Counted from the first letter of the stretch, positions 21,467 through 32,156 are shown. The stretch: DNA of 64,000 nt from Thiomicrospira sp. (GCA_030826915.1 JAUUDE010000059.1:357-64356); one strand, 5' to 3'. Translations and numbers: made by a program. Notes: generated by a model not told the origin, from the letters alone.

Positions 21467-21844
21467 ATTTAAGTAGAGAGTGCAAGAAGAATGAAGGCTT
21501 TGTTTTGTTTTTTCTCTTGATAAATGAGCCCAAAATTGAGCTTTTGTCTTGAGATAATATTTTGGCAAATGCCTAAGTTCCCCTTGGAATAAATGGTGCA
21601 AAGTTCTTAGCGTAGAGAACGATTAAACAATCTCGACTGTTTGAAGCTGAGCTTGCTCAGCAAGTTGCGAGATTGTCAGTGAACAGCTTAGAATTTGCCC
21701 ATTTATGGAGTGGGATGCCCTTTGTTTGCTTACTTTGTTTTGGGCAAGCAAACAAAGTAAGGGGAAGCCTAGTAGAAAATATCAAGGCGAAGACACTAAA
21801 TTTAAAAGGCTTCTCAACTGTTATGTAATGTATGATTAAGTTGA
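21458..21844 (-). repeat. Structured intergenic repeat family A, copy 1 (about 385 bp)
   Basis: Reverse complement aligns with 23229-23614 and 53684-54073; central 250 bp nearly identical. Confidence 0.9.
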
Positions 21845-22018
21845 CATTTCACAAATAACATACTATCTGTTTTTATTCTTTTCAAATGGTTTTTAAAGGA
21901 AATAATAGACCTTGAATAGCCTGCTTTATTATAGTTCCAGTGAGTAAAATAGAGTAAGATATTTGCACGTTTAAAGATAGGTTATTATTGGTTTTTTTAA
22001 TAAAGAAAGGGAGTTTAG

Positions 22019-22928
22019 GTGTCATTCAACAAAGTGTGTCTGACAACTTGGTTTTTAAGAAGGGTTTTTCTTAAGCCTTTTAGAGGTTTTGAGGCCAAGA
22101 CTCTTCTCAGTCTTTTGATGGTGGCATTGCTTTACTTGACTTTTTTAAGCTCTCAAAACGCTTTAGCAGCAGGGTTGGCGGCCTCTCAATCTGAGATGTG
22201 GCAACCTATATTACAGGTTTTGCCAAAAGATAAGGGCGTGTTTAATGCTAACTTGCGACAACAGGTACGCAACCATTTAGATTTATCTTTAGCAACAGGT
22301 GAAGACAGTAACCAAAGCGATGAACAGTTAGAAAAGAACCTTGTTGCTCGTTTATCTGTTTTGGATAAAAATTTATCTAAATATATTCGGGTTAGCGAAA
22401 GCTCAAGCCGATTTGAACAGTTAAAACGTCTTATGCCAGCTCTGTACAAGATTGAAGAGCGTAAGTTGATTGAAAAACTATTAAAAAAGCGTGCTGTCAA
22501 AATACCAAACTTACGTAACCGTCGGTTGTTAGCGTTTTTAGATAAAAATTAGTCGTTTAGCCAATAGTTTAATTTTTAATATGAAAGCATTGGTGCGAGA
22601 ACGCCGTGATTATGAACCAGATTTAATAAAGTCGATGGCGGAATTTGGAATTGAATTTTCAGCCAGACCACCCGATTTTATTTTAGATTATCACTTGATT
22701 GATGGTGGCAAAAATCAAAAAGGTGAATGGTTGGTTCAGGGCTATATTGCACTTTTAGGCCAGTATGAAATGCTGGTTGTAACCGTTGAAAAGGAGCTTG
22801 ATATTCAGGCTAAAACAATGGAAGAAGCTTATGTAAAATCGGTGCATGTTTTAGCTGAGCTAATTATTAACCAGTTGCTTGAGTTTTTAGTAGAAGAAAA
22901 ATCGCATAAAAAAGTTAAGGGTATGTAG
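22019..22928 (+). pseudogene. Hypothetical exported protein split by a frameshift at A5 run 22544-22548
   Basis: ORFs 22019-22552 and 22581-22928 join (DKISRLANSLIFNMKAL) on a 1-nt correction; hydrophobic signal-like segment. Confidence 0.65.
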
Positions 22929-23162
22929 ATGAACTTGTTTGGAAAAATTAGTATTTTAATTTGGCTGATTATTTTTATAGCAGCAGCCATTATGTTTGAT
23001 TGGTTTGGCAGTCGAGAGTTTACAGAAAACTTATTAGATTCTTCTCAGCAAGCCGTTGAGAAACTCTCTGAAACTGGAGACCATTTGCAGGACGTCATTG
23101 AAGTTGTTCGTGAAGGTACAGAACCTGCCCGTGAAGAGATAAAAGATAAAATTGAAAAATAA
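22929..23162 (+). CDS. Small membrane-anchored hypothetical protein
   Basis: 77 aa, N-terminal TM, starts directly after the upstream stop. Confidence 0.7.
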   Translation: MNLFGKISILIWLIIFIAAAIMFDWFGSREFTENLLDSSQQAVEKLSETGDHLQDVIEVVREGTEPAREEIKDKIEK

Positions 23163-23228
23163 GTTTTTTCTTTTTTGGCCCACGATATAGGAAGTTAGTG
23201 TTTCTAAGTGTCGTTATATGTGAAAAAT

Positions 23229-23614
23229 TCAACTTAATCTTACATTACACGAAAGTTGAGAAGCCTTTTAATTTAATGACTTCTCCTAGATATGTTCTAC
23301 CAGGCTTCCCCTTACTTTGTTTTCTTGCCAAAACAAAGTAAGCAAACAAAGGGCACCCCACTCCATAAATGGGCAAGTTCTAAGCTGTTCACTAACAATC
23401 TCGCAACTTGCTGAGCAAGCTCAGCTTCGGACAGCTGAGATTGCTTAATCGTTCTCTACGCTAAGAACTTTGCACCATTTATTCCAAGGGGAATTTGGGC
23501 ATTTGCCCAAGCATTTACTCAAACGCAAACTTCAATTTAGGGTTTATTTCCAGATAAAACCCAATACATGAATAGTTAATTTTTCTGTACTGCCAGATTA
23601 AATCTAATTTTTTA
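23229..23614 (+). repeat. Structured intergenic repeat family A, copy 2
   Basis: Shares CTTACTTTGTTT..AAACAAAGTAAG and GCTGAGC-AA-GCTCAGC hairpins with copies 1 and 3. Confidence 0.9.
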
Positions 23615-23646
23615 TACGATAGTATAGCTTGAGTTTTTGTCCTGCT

Positions 23647-24540
23647 TTAACGGTTTTGTATTTTGTTTGCAAAATGATGTAATCCACCATGTCTTTTGGT
23701 ATTCTGTTCAGCATCTAATTCTTTATAGTGTGGTTGGTAACTATCCGCTTGTTGTAAAGCGGTAAATAGGTAGGTTTTGGCTTTGCCAACTGCTACTTCT
23801 AACGGGCATCCTTTTGCTAGTTCAGTGGCAATCGCTGATGATAACGTACAGCCTGTACCATGGTTATGCTGTACGGTAATTCTTGGCGATACAAAACTTT
23901 GCACATTCGCTTGATTTTGTTCATTTTCTTTCTGTTTGATGCTTGTGCTTATGAGATAATCTATTGCCTGTTCCTCAGGAGTATGACCACCTTTTAATAG
24001 TATATTTGGCCAATTTTTTTGCTGTAACTGCTTAGTCAGTTTTGGCATTTCATTCAATTTGCCTTTTATCTCATGAGAGCCACTGTTTTTTAATAAAAAA
24101 TTGAGTTCTGGAAGGTTGGGTGTGACCAGAGCACATAATGGAAACAGATTTTTCACTAAGTTCTCAATGGCAGTGTTTTCTAGCAGTGTTTTTCCGCTAC
24201 TGCTTAAAATAATTGGATCGAGCACAACGGGTGTTTGTGGTGTGTTTTTAAGCCATTCCGTTACCACGTCTACTATCCCCTGATTGCCTAGCATCCCTAT
24301 TTTAATGGCATCTATTTGATAATCCTCTAATAGACAATTGAGCTGCTGTTTTACTTGCTCTGCAGGCACAGCAAAAACACTTTGAACCCCTTGGCTGTTT
24401 TGAGCAGTAATGGCGGTTATAACGGTTAATGCATAGCCATCTAAAGCGTGAATACTTTTTAAATCAGCCTGAATACCTGCACCAGCAGAACTGTCCGAAC
24501 CGGCAATGGTTAATACGGTGGCGATTTGTCCTTGAATCAT
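23647..24540 (-). CDS. thiD: Hydroxymethylpyrimidine/phosphomethylpyrimidine kinase
   Basis: TIAGSDSSAGAGIQADLK, KIGMLG, TPNLPE, LKGGH, HGTGCTLSSA. Confidence 0.95.
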   Translation of the reverse strand: MIQGQIATVLTIAGSDSSAGAGIQADLKSIHALDGYALTVITAITAQNSQGVQSVFAVPAEQVKQQLNCLLEDYQIDAIKIGMLGNQGIVDVVTEWLKNTPQTPVVLDPIILSSSGKTLLENTAIENLVKNLFPLCALVTPNLPELNFLLKNSGSHEIKGKLNEMPKLTKQLQQKNWPNILLKGGHTPEEQAIDYLISTSIKQKENEQNQANVQSFVSPRITVQHNHGTGCTLSSAIATELAKGCPLEVAVGKAKTYLFTALQQADSYQPHYKELDAEQNTKRHGGLHHFANKIQNR

Positions 24541-24646
24541 AAGAGTATAAGCCTTTATCAGATAAAAGTGAGATAATGAAATACTTACGTGATAATTAAG
24601 TCACATCTTACGTTTTCAGATTCATAATTGGAAGAACAGGTTTTAA

Positions 24647-25426
24647 ATGCTCAAAGAAACAACCAAAAATACAATGAAAAAACCGTTAAAAATTGGCTTA
24701 TTGATTATTGGTGATGAAGTGCTTTCGGGTAAGCGCCAAGATAAACATTTGTTACAAGCGAATGAACTATTACAGCCACTTGGTTTAAGCGTAAACTGGG
24801 TCAAAATTATTGGTGATGAACCTCGTTTTCTGGTACAAACTCTAAGAGAGAGTTTCTCATCTGATACTGTAGTGTTCAGTTTTGGTGGAATTGGTGCAAC
24901 GCCGGATGATCGCACGCGACAAAGTGCGGCAGAAGCGTTGGGTTTGCCTATTGAACGGCACCCAGAGGCGGTTGCTGAAATTGAAGCTCAGTTTGGTGAA
25001 GCTGCCTATCCTCAGCGAATTCATATGGCTGAATACCCAAAAGGGGCTGACATTATTCCCAATTTTTATAACCGTGTTCCTGGGTTTTCAATTCAAAACC
25101 ACCATTTTATGCCTGGTTTTCCTATGATGGCAAAACCGATGATGGAGTGGGTTTTACATCATTACTATAAAGACTTTTTTCAAAGTCCAACCATCGAAAA
25201 AGGCATTAAAATTATCAATGGCCAGGAGTCAGAATGGGTTGAGTTTATGGAAAAATTTGAGAAACAATTTCCTCAGCTTCGATTGTTTAGTTTACCGAGT
25301 ATTGCAAAGGATGACTCACGTACCATTGATTTAGGCGTGGAAGGTTTAGAGGCCGATGTGTTGCTAGGTTACCAAACCATTGTTGATGAAGCTGAACAAA
25401 GAGAGGCCAAATGGCAGCCGATATAG
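24647..25426 (+). CDS. Competence/damage-inducible CinA-like molybdopterin-binding domain protein
   Basis: IIGDEVLSG, GGIGATPDDRT, MPGFP. Confidence 0.85.
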   Translation: MLKETTKNTMKKPLKIGLLIIGDEVLSGKRQDKHLLQANELLQPLGLSVNWVKIIGDEPRFLVQTLRESFSSDTVVFSFGGIGATPDDRTRQSAAEALGLPIERHPEAVAEIEAQFGEAAYPQRIHMAEYPKGADIIPNFYNRVPGFSIQNHHFMPGFPMMAKPMMEWVLHHYYKDFFQSPTIEKGIKIINGQESEWVEFMEKFEKQFPQLRLFSLPSIAKDDSRTIDLGVEGLEADVLLGYQTIVDEAEQREAKWQPI

Positions 25427-25557
25427 TTTTTCAATGAGTATTTATTAGATGTTTGCATTAGATTATTTTGGTTTTTAGTGGTGAGTTAATTGATAAAGTG
25501 TTTTATAATCAAGTGGATATAGAAAATTTACATACATTATAGGTTGTTCATCTTTGC

Positions 25558-27249
25558 ATGATGGATTTAGAGCGTATTCAAACAATTTTAAAAAACAGTC
25601 AGGCTGTTATTTTTTATTGGCGCGCATCTGAAGGCTGGCCTGTGGAGTATGTTTCAGAGAACATTTCCATGTTTGGTTATCAAGCTGATGATTTACTATC
25701 TGGGCATATCGCCTATTCCAGCATTGTTCACCCTAAAGACTTAGCAAGGGTTGCGAATGAGGTGGCGACTTATACTGAAACGGGTAAAGATGAGTTTCGC
25801 CAAATCTATCGATTGATTGATGCGCAAGGCCGTACACGCTGGATAGATGATCGAACTGTGGTTGAACGTGACGAAGAAGGCAAGCCTGCTTTTTATGTGG
25901 GTACTATTATTGACATTACCGAACAAAAGTTTGCTGAAGAACACAATCAATTGCTAAGTAATATTGTTAATAAAAGTAGTGATGAGGTGTATGTTTTTGA
26001 TTGCAACTCTCTGCATTTTACTTATTTAAATCAAGCGGCACTGAACAATATTTTTTATACCTTTGAGGAAGCTAAAACCCTTACTCCATTTGATATAAAA
26101 AAAGATTTAGATGAAGATGTTTTTTCTGCAAATTTAGCGATTTTGTTGGATGATTTAGACCCCTCTAAAACGCTGACTTTTGAAACAACACTCAAACGTA
26201 AGAATGGCACTGTTTATTCTGTAGAAGCTAAAATTCAAGCAATGGAAGTTGATGGACGTATTCAATTTGTTGCTGTGATTCGAGATATTACAGAACATTT
26301 AGCGTTGTTGGCAGAAAAAGAGCAAGAGCATGCGTTTGTTCAAGAAGTGATTGATACCGTAGCAGATAGTGTGATGGTAATTAACCAAGACTATAGTGTT
26401 CAGCTGGCAAATAAAGCTGCGCGAAAAAACCTTTTACATTCAAGTGTCGTGAATCCAGATAAACCTAAATGTTATGAACTGCTTTATCAGCAGGATAAAC
26501 CTTGTGAAGGAATACATAAGCCTTGTCCTTTGCAAAGCGTTCAAGAGAAGAAAAAACAAGCATCGGTTATTCATTACATAGAAAAAGCAGGTAAGTCACA
26601 ATACTTTAAAGTATTTGCTAAACCAATATTGGATGCATCAGGTTGTGTTGCAGGTGTTGTTGAGTCTATTCATGATATAACCGCTTTAATGGTTTCTCAG
26701 GAAAAGTTAAAAGAAGAAGCGGATGCTTTAGCTTTCATGGCCACCCATGACAGTTTAACAGGCCTGCCTAATCGACGACTTTTCTCAGACCGTGTTGAGC
26801 AAGCTATTAACCGAGCAAAACGTTTGTCTGCTATGGTAGCAACGGTATATATTGATGTAGATAGGTTTAAGCTAATTAATGACTCTTTAGGGCATCAAGC
26901 AGGTGATGAGGTATTGGTTGAGGTTGCTAAACGTTTACAAAATGTGACGCGCAATAGCGATACTTTGGCGAGAATGGGGGGCGATGAATTTACATTGATT
27001 TTAGAAGCTTTTCATTCAATAGATGAGATTGAGCGTATTTTACATAAATTACAGTCACAGTTTAAAGAACCGATAAAAACCCTTAAAGGTGAAGTTCAGC
27101 TGACCTTGAGCATTGGCGCGGCTTGTTACCCTAGGGATGGTGAAGACCATAAAACCCTACTACACAATGCTGATATGGCTTTATACGATGTTAAAACACA
27201 TGGTCGTAATGATGTTCGCTGTTATCATCAATTAACATCATCAACCTAG
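25558..27249 (+). CDS. Multi-PAS diguanylate cyclase
   Basis: PAS domains (VHPKD...WIDDR, DITE), HDSLTGLPNRR, DVDRFK, RMGGDEF. Confidence 0.92.
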   Translation: MMDLERIQTILKNSQAVIFYWRASEGWPVEYVSENISMFGYQADDLLSGHIAYSSIVHPKDLARVANEVATYTETGKDEFRQIYRLIDAQGRTRWIDDRTVVERDEEGKPAFYVGTIIDITEQKFAEEHNQLLSNIVNKSSDEVYVFDCNSLHFTYLNQAALNNIFYTFEEAKTLTPFDIKKDLDEDVFSANLAILLDDLDPSKTLTFETTLKRKNGTVYSVEAKIQAMEVDGRIQFVAVIRDITEHLALLAEKEQEHAFVQEVIDTVADSVMVINQDYSVQLANKAARKNLLHSSVVNPDKPKCYELLYQQDKPCEGIHKPCPLQSVQEKKKQASVIHYIEKAGKSQYFKVFAKPILDASGCVAGVVESIHDITALMVSQEKLKEEADALAFMATHDSLTGLPNRRLFSDRVEQAINRAKRLSAMVATVYIDVDRFKLINDSLGHQAGDEVLVEVAKRLQNVTRNSDTLARMGGDEFTLILEAFHSIDEIERILHKLQSQFKEPIKTLKGEVQLTLSIGAACYPRDGEDHKTLLHNADMALYDVKTHGRNDVRCYHQLTSST

Positions 27250-27266
27250 TTATTCAGAGTCGACTA
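27247..27266. mobile_element. Solo end of the GTCGAC MITE overlapping the TAG stop of the diguanylate cyclase
   Basis: TAGTTATTCAGAGTCGACTA, with a TAGTTA direct repeat on both sides of TTCAGAGTCGAC. Confidence 0.75.
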
Positions 27267-27364
27267 GTTAAGTTCAAAGTATTCTTTATATCCTCACTCG
27301 TACAAAGCTCTCCTTTATAATGCGGTAATTATTATTAAAGAGTGACAATTTAGTCAATCAACCT

Positions 27365-28573
27365 ATGTCTGAAAATGTAGTCCATATCGGTAAAGTCGCT
27401 GACAGTCATTTTGATGTCATTATTATTGGTGCAGGTGCATCAGGTCTCATGTGTGCCGCAACAGCAGGCTATCAAGGTAAATCTGTTTTAGTGATTGACC
27501 ATGCACCAAAAGCGGCAGCCAAAATTCGTATTTCTGGTGGTGGAAAATGCAATTTCACCAATATGGATGTCACGCCAGCAAATTTTATCTGCCAGAACCC
27601 TCATTTCGTAAAATCTGCGTTATCCCGTTACCCTTCAGCTGCTTTTATAGAGTTAGTAGATCGTCATGGTTTAGAGTATGAAGAGCGAGAGCTAGGTAAG
27701 TTGTTTTGTAAAGAACGTGCTTCTGACCTAATTCAAATTTTACGTACTGAATGCGACTGGGCAGGGGTTGAAATTGCGGTTAAAACAGAAGTGGGTAGTG
27801 TTCGTTATAACAATCAAACTTATCTATTAAACACTTCATTGGGAGAGCTGAAAACAAAGAAACTTGTGGTTGCAACGGGCGCTTTATCTTTTCCAAAATT
27901 AAAAGCCAGTGGTTTGGGTTATGACATTGCCAGACAATTTGGTTTGAATGTGATTTCAACTGCACCAGGCTTGGTACCTTTGGTTTTTGAAGGCAAATGG
28001 CAAACACGCTTTTCTGATTTAAGTGGTTTGGCTATGGATGTTTCAGTCACCGCGGGTAATCAGACTTTTGTAGAGGCGATTTTATTTACCCATAATGGTT
28101 TAAGTGGGCCAGGTATTTTACAAGCTTCTAATTACTGGAAGGCAGGCAATAAAATTGTTATCAATCTCTTACCACATATTGACGTTTACCAGGCCTTGTT
28201 AGATTTAAAACAGTCGAGCGGTTCTGTAAGTAAATGGTTAAATGAATTTTGGCCAAAACGTTTTACTCAGATGTGGATGGGATTAAATCCAATAGAAAAT
28301 GAGTTAGCCAATGTACCCAATGAGGCCTTGCAAAATTTTGCCAATGGCATGACACATTGGGAGCTATACCCCGAAAAAACCGCTGGCTATGATAAGGCAG
28401 AAGTCACTTTAGGGGGCGTAGATACCGATGAAATCTCCTCAAAAACGTTTGAATCTAAAAAACAACCAGGCCTGTATTTTATAGGTGAAGTATTGGATGT
28501 AACAGGCCACTTAGGCGGCTATAACTTCCAATGGGCGTGGGCATCAGCTGTGGCTTGTGGGTTGGAGGTTTAG
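27365..28573 (+). CDS. HI0933/YhiN (BaiN)-family flavoprotein
   Basis: GAGASG, KIRISGGGKCNFTN, LFTHNGLSGP, AEVTLGGV, GGYNFQWAW. Confidence 0.93.
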   Translation: MSENVVHIGKVADSHFDVIIIGAGASGLMCAATAGYQGKSVLVIDHAPKAAAKIRISGGGKCNFTNMDVTPANFICQNPHFVKSALSRYPSAAFIELVDRHGLEYEERELGKLFCKERASDLIQILRTECDWAGVEIAVKTEVGSVRYNNQTYLLNTSLGELKTKKLVVATGALSFPKLKASGLGYDIARQFGLNVISTAPGLVPLVFEGKWQTRFSDLSGLAMDVSVTAGNQTFVEAILFTHNGLSGPGILQASNYWKAGNKIVINLLPHIDVYQALLDLKQSSGSVSKWLNEFWPKRFTQMWMGLNPIENELANVPNEALQNFANGMTHWELYPEKTAGYDKAEVTLGGVDTDEISSKTFESKKQPGLYFIGEVLDVTGHLGGYNFQWAWASAVACGLEV

Positions 28574-28645
28574 TTTTGACTGTTGAAACGGATTATTTTC
28601 AAATAGGTATAATAGAGCGCATTATTTTTATGGAAGTAGCATAGT

Positions 28646-29095
28646 ATGAATTTACTCAATTTAGATGAAGCGCAACGCGCACCGTTTTCTCGTATTGTGG
28701 CAGGCCTGGTTAGAGACAAAGGGATTGATGCCAATGAGATTTTTATGAATGTTCTTGAAAGCCAAGAGGCACCAGAGATGAATTACTGGATGACCATGGT
28801 ATTAACCCAAGAGCATTTTGTATCATCACAAAAAGAGGTGGCAAAGGATGCCGCAGGTGAGAGTGTTAAGCCACTGCAAGCCGCCTGTATTTTGCAAAAT
28901 ATAGGTATGGTTGCTGCATTACTTGAATTGAAAGCTTTTAAAGGCAGTGTTACGGATCGTGATTTTCAATTGTGTGCACGTATTGCTTCACAGCATGAAG
29001 ACCAAGCGGTTTTAGGTTTGTTAATGAAGTTTGCACAAGAGATGGATTTGTTAGAACCGTTTATGCGTGCTTTGCAAGGTACAACACTTCAGTAG
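28646..29095 (+). CDS. Hypothetical protein
   Basis: 149-aa ORF with upstream TATAAT and normal composition. Confidence 0.7.
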   Translation: MNLLNLDEAQRAPFSRIVAGLVRDKGIDANEIFMNVLESQEAPEMNYWMTMVLTQEHFVSSQKEVAKDAAGESVKPLQAACILQNIGMVAALLELKAFKGSVTDRDFQLCARIASQHEDQAVLGLLMKFAQEMDLLEPFMRALQGTTLQ

Positions 29096-29116
29096 CCTTT
29101 GACTTTTTTTCTTGTG

Positions 29117-29182
29117 ATAGTTAAATGCTATCATTACCATGAAAACAATTAATTTTACTAATTTTTTGGTTATGCCTATACT
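29117..29182 (+). promoter_or_regulatory. OxyR-type box abutting a sigma70 promoter of the peroxiredoxin gene
   Basis: ATAG-N7-CTAT-N7-ATGA-N7-TAAT (29117-29153) directly before -35 TTTACT (29154) -N17- TATACT (29177). Confidence 0.7.
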
Positions 29183-29217
29183 GGTCACAAGTCGTTAAAA
29201 ACGGCAAATAAATTATC

Positions 29218-29249
29218 AGAGGCCTTTGCACGTTTCGTGTAAAGTCTCT
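29218..29249. repeat. Mini-copy (fused ends) of repeat family C
   Basis: AGAGGCCTTTGCACG-TTT-CGTGTAAAGTCTCT matches the ends of 51170-51328. Confidence 0.65.
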
Positions 29250-29272
29250 AACAATATTAGGAGAGCTATCAA

Positions 29273-30010
29273 ATGGCATTAGTAAATAAAGAAGGTCAAA
29301 AAGTACCTGCAGTTACATTCCGTACTCGTCAAAATGATGAATGGGTAAACGTTACAACAGATGAATTGTTTAAAGGTAAAACGGTAGCGGTATTCTCTCT
29401 ACCAGGTGCATTTACACCAACATGTTCATCAAGCCATCTTCCTCGTTTTAACGAATTAGCCGCGGTTTTTAAGGAAAACGGGGTGGATGATATTATTTGT
29501 ATGTCAGTAAATGATACCTTTGTTATGAATGCTTGGGCTGAAGATCAAGAGTCTGACAACGTAACATTGATTCCTGATGGTAACGGAGAGTTTACCGAAG
29601 GCATGGGCATGTTAGTTGATAAAACTGACCTAGGTTTTGGAATGCGTTCTTGGCGTTATTCTATGCTGGTAAAAGACGGTGTAATTGACAAAATGTTCAT
29701 CGAACCTGAAGTTCCAGGTGACCCATTTGAAGTTTCGGATGCGGATACTATGCTTGCTTACATTAATCCTGAAGCTAAGCCACCTCGTGTTGCAACTATC
29801 TTTACTAAGCCAGGTTGCCCATTCTGCGCTAAAGCAAAAATTATGCTTAACGCTAATGGCATCTCTTTTGAAGAAATTACCATTTCTAACCACGGTCCAA
29901 GCTCAAGAACATTGCGTGCGGTTGCACAGGCCAGCACTGTTCCACAAGTGTTTATCGAAGGTGAATTTATTGGTGGTTCAGATGATTTAGAGGTTTTTTT
30001 AGCCAAATAA
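29273..30010 (+). CDS. Hybrid peroxiredoxin-5/glutaredoxin (PGdx/GarA type)
   Basis: [26 protein letters not shown]-terminal CPFC...TVPQVFI...IGG. Confidence 0.95.
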   Translation: MALVNKEGQKVPAVTFRTRQNDEWVNVTTDELFKGKTVAVFSLPGAFTPTCSSSHLPRFNELAAVFKENGVDDIICMSVNDTFVMNAWAEDQESDNVTLIPDGNGEFTEGMGMLVDKTDLGFGMRSWRYSMLVKDGVIDKMFIEPEVPGDPFEVSDADTMLAYINPEAKPPRVATIFTKPGCPFCAKAKIMLNANGISFEEITISNHGPSSRTLRAVAQASTVPQVFIEGEFIGGSDDLEVFLAK

Positions 30011-30116
30011 ATAGCCATATATTGGTATGAGCTTATTGCTCTAAAGTGATTTTTAAAACCTACCAGGCTAGGCGGGTTTTAAGATAGAATATTTTGCATG
30101 AATTGCAAACAAACAG

Positions 30117-30151
30117 AGGGTTCATTAGCATTGTGCTTGAGCCCTTTTTTT
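30117..30151 (+). terminator. Probable terminator after the peroxiredoxin gene
   Basis: AGGGTTCA...TGAGCCCT stem plus T-tract. Confidence 0.55.
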
Positions 30152-30166
30152 GTTTTAAATGTCTAA

Positions 30167-30199
30167 GAGATACCTTTGCACGAAACGTAAAAAGGTCTC
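30167..30199. repeat. Mini-copy of repeat family C
   Basis: GAGATACCTTTGCACG-AAA-CGTAAAAAGGTCTC. Confidence 0.6.
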
Positions 30200-30217
30200 C
30201 AAGAATAAGGAACGAAC

Positions 30218-31573
30218 ATGAAATTTGATTATGATGTAATTGCAATTGGTGCCGGAAGTGGAGGTTTATCCGTTGTTGAACGTGCTGCAGAGTACGGCAA
30301 AAAATGTGCGGTTGTAGAAGCAAAAAAACTTGGTGGAACTTGTGTCAATATTGGTTGCGTTCCTAAAAAAGTCATGTGGTTTGGGGCGCACATTGCGGAA
30401 GCATTGCGTGATGCACCAGATTTTGGATTTGATATTGAACAGACAGGCTTTGACTGGGCTGCGTTGGTAGAAAAACGTGAGCAATATATTAACAATATCA
30501 CCACTTGGTATGACGGCTATATGGCGGATAAAGGTGTGGATGTTTTGCAAGGCTGGGGAAGTTTGGTTGATAAAAATACGGTATCGGTTGACGGTAAAAC
30601 TTACACTGCGGAAACCATTGTTATTGCACCAGGTGGCACACCTACCATTCCACAAGAAACCGAAAATGCCGATTTAGGTTTAACATCAGATGGTTTTTTT
30701 GAATTAACCGAACAACCTAAAAAAGTGGCGGTTGTCGGTAGTGGTTATATTGCTGTAGAACTGGCTGGTGTATTTCAGGCATTAGGTACACAAACAACCT
30801 TGATTAGCCGTAAAGATTTAGTATTACGCGGTTTTGACGATTTAATTAGGGAAACCTTAACGGATGCTATGTTGGAAAGTGGTTGTAAAAAAGAGTATCA
30901 CTTTGCCGTTAAGAAACTTGAACGAGCACAAGATGGTACTTTAAGTGTTTACAGTACCGATGGCCAAGAAATTCATGGCTTTGATCAAGTTGTTTGGGCT
31001 GTTGGGCGCAATACATTAATTGAACCTTTAGCTTTAGAAAATGCAGGCCTGTCAGCAAACGGTTACGGTTTTATTGAGGTTGATGAAAATCACAAAACAG
31101 CCGTAGATAATATCTATGCGATTGGTGATGTTACCGGGCAGCCGCAACTGACTCCTGTGGCAATTCGTGCTGGACGCTATTTGGCTGAACGTTTGTATAA
31201 CAATAAGCCCCACTTAAAGCTGGATTTAAGCTCAGTGCCTACTGTGATTTTCTCACATCCACCAGTAGGTACAGTTGGTTTGGCTGAACATGATGCCCGT
31301 AAAAAGTATGGTCATGATAATGTTAAGGTTTATTCATCAAGTTTTACACCAATGCGTTATGCCTTTACCAAGCATCAGATTAAAACGGCTTTAAAACTTG
31401 TGGTAACAGGTGAGGACGAAAAAGTGGTAGGTATACACATTGTTGGTGATGGTGCTGATGAAATGTTACAGGGCTTTGCAGTTGCTGTACAAATGGGGGC
31501 GACCAAAGCGGACTTAGATGCCACAATTGCGATTCACCCATCGAGTTCTGAAGAGTTGGTAACAATGCGTTAA
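30218..31573 (+). CDS. gor: Glutathione-disulfide reductase family enzyme (glutathione amide reductase-like substrate site)
   Basis: [21 protein letters not shown]...[22 protein letters not shown]. Confidence 0.9.
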   Translation: MKFDYDVIAIGAGSGGLSVVERAAEYGKKCAVVEAKKLGGTCVNIGCVPKKVMWFGAHIAEALRDAPDFGFDIEQTGFDWAALVEKREQYINNITTWYDGYMADKGVDVLQGWGSLVDKNTVSVDGKTYTAETIVIAPGGTPTIPQETENADLGLTSDGFFELTEQPKKVAVVGSGYIAVELAGVFQALGTQTTLISRKDLVLRGFDDLIRETLTDAMLESGCKKEYHFAVKKLERAQDGTLSVYSTDGQEIHGFDQVVWAVGRNTLIEPLALENAGLSANGYGFIEVDENHKTAVDNIYAIGDVTGQPQLTPVAIRAGRYLAERLYNNKPHLKLDLSSVPTVIFSHPPVGTVGLAEHDARKKYGHDNVKVYSSSFTPMRYAFTKHQIKTALKLVVTGEDEKVVGIHIVGDGADEMLQGFAVAVQMGATKADLDATIAIHPSSSEELVTMR

Positions 31574-31598
31574 ATCTCTTGTAGTTTTATCGATTCAA

Positions 31599-31640
31599 AC
31601 TAAAAAGGCCGTTATATCAATTATAAACGGCCTTTTTAGT
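31599..31640. terminator. Bidirectional terminator between gor and the PilZ gene
   Basis: ACTAAAAAGGCCGTT...AACGGCCTTTTTAGT. Confidence 0.85.
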
Positions 31641-31665
31641 ATCTAGGTGTTAAAAAACTTTAATT

Positions 31666-32028
31666 CTAGTTGGCAGGTAGTGCCCTAAAGAACTTATTGT
31701 ACTCAAGTGATTTATTCGCGATACTTCCACCAATATAGTATTCAAAATCCACTTCACTGCATGAATGTACGTGGACTTTTAAAAATATAGGAATCATCGT
31801 GTTAGCAGACTTTCGTTCAAAGGTAATTTCAATTTCTTCATCGGTATTTAACGGTACTGCAGATAAAAACCCAATACCTTGTGAAGACATATTGATAATG
31901 GTTGTATAGATAGTTTGACCTTTCTGAATAAGGATCGAAGGCAGGTGTGCAGGTAAACGTGCTTCTTTACGTCTGTTGATAAAGTCTTGGCTTGGGTTAG
32001 CTGGAGGGCTAAGAGAATGATTTGCCAT
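31666..32028 (-). CDS. PilZ-domain c-di-GMP receptor
   Basis: RRKEAR (RxxxR) and NMSSQG (D/NxSxxG). Confidence 0.85.
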   Translation of the reverse strand: MANHSLSPPANPSQDFINRRKEARLPAHLPSILIQKGQTIYTTIINMSSQGIGFLSAVPLNTDEEIEITFERKSANTMIPIFLKVHVHSCSEVDFEYYIGGSIANKSLEYNKFFRALPAN

Positions 32029-32156
32029 GATATGTGGAAGCCTATTATATAAATCGATTAATTAAAATCACTGTAACAATATTCCCTATTAACTCAATGG
32101 AGTATTAGTACGTATGAAAATAGTTAAATTGTGAAAATTTAGCCCATCTATAGAGT

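Noticed and set aside
24541-24646. TPP riboswitch upstream of thiD
   Set aside because: Short AT-rich divergent region with no GCTGAGA/CCTGA core.
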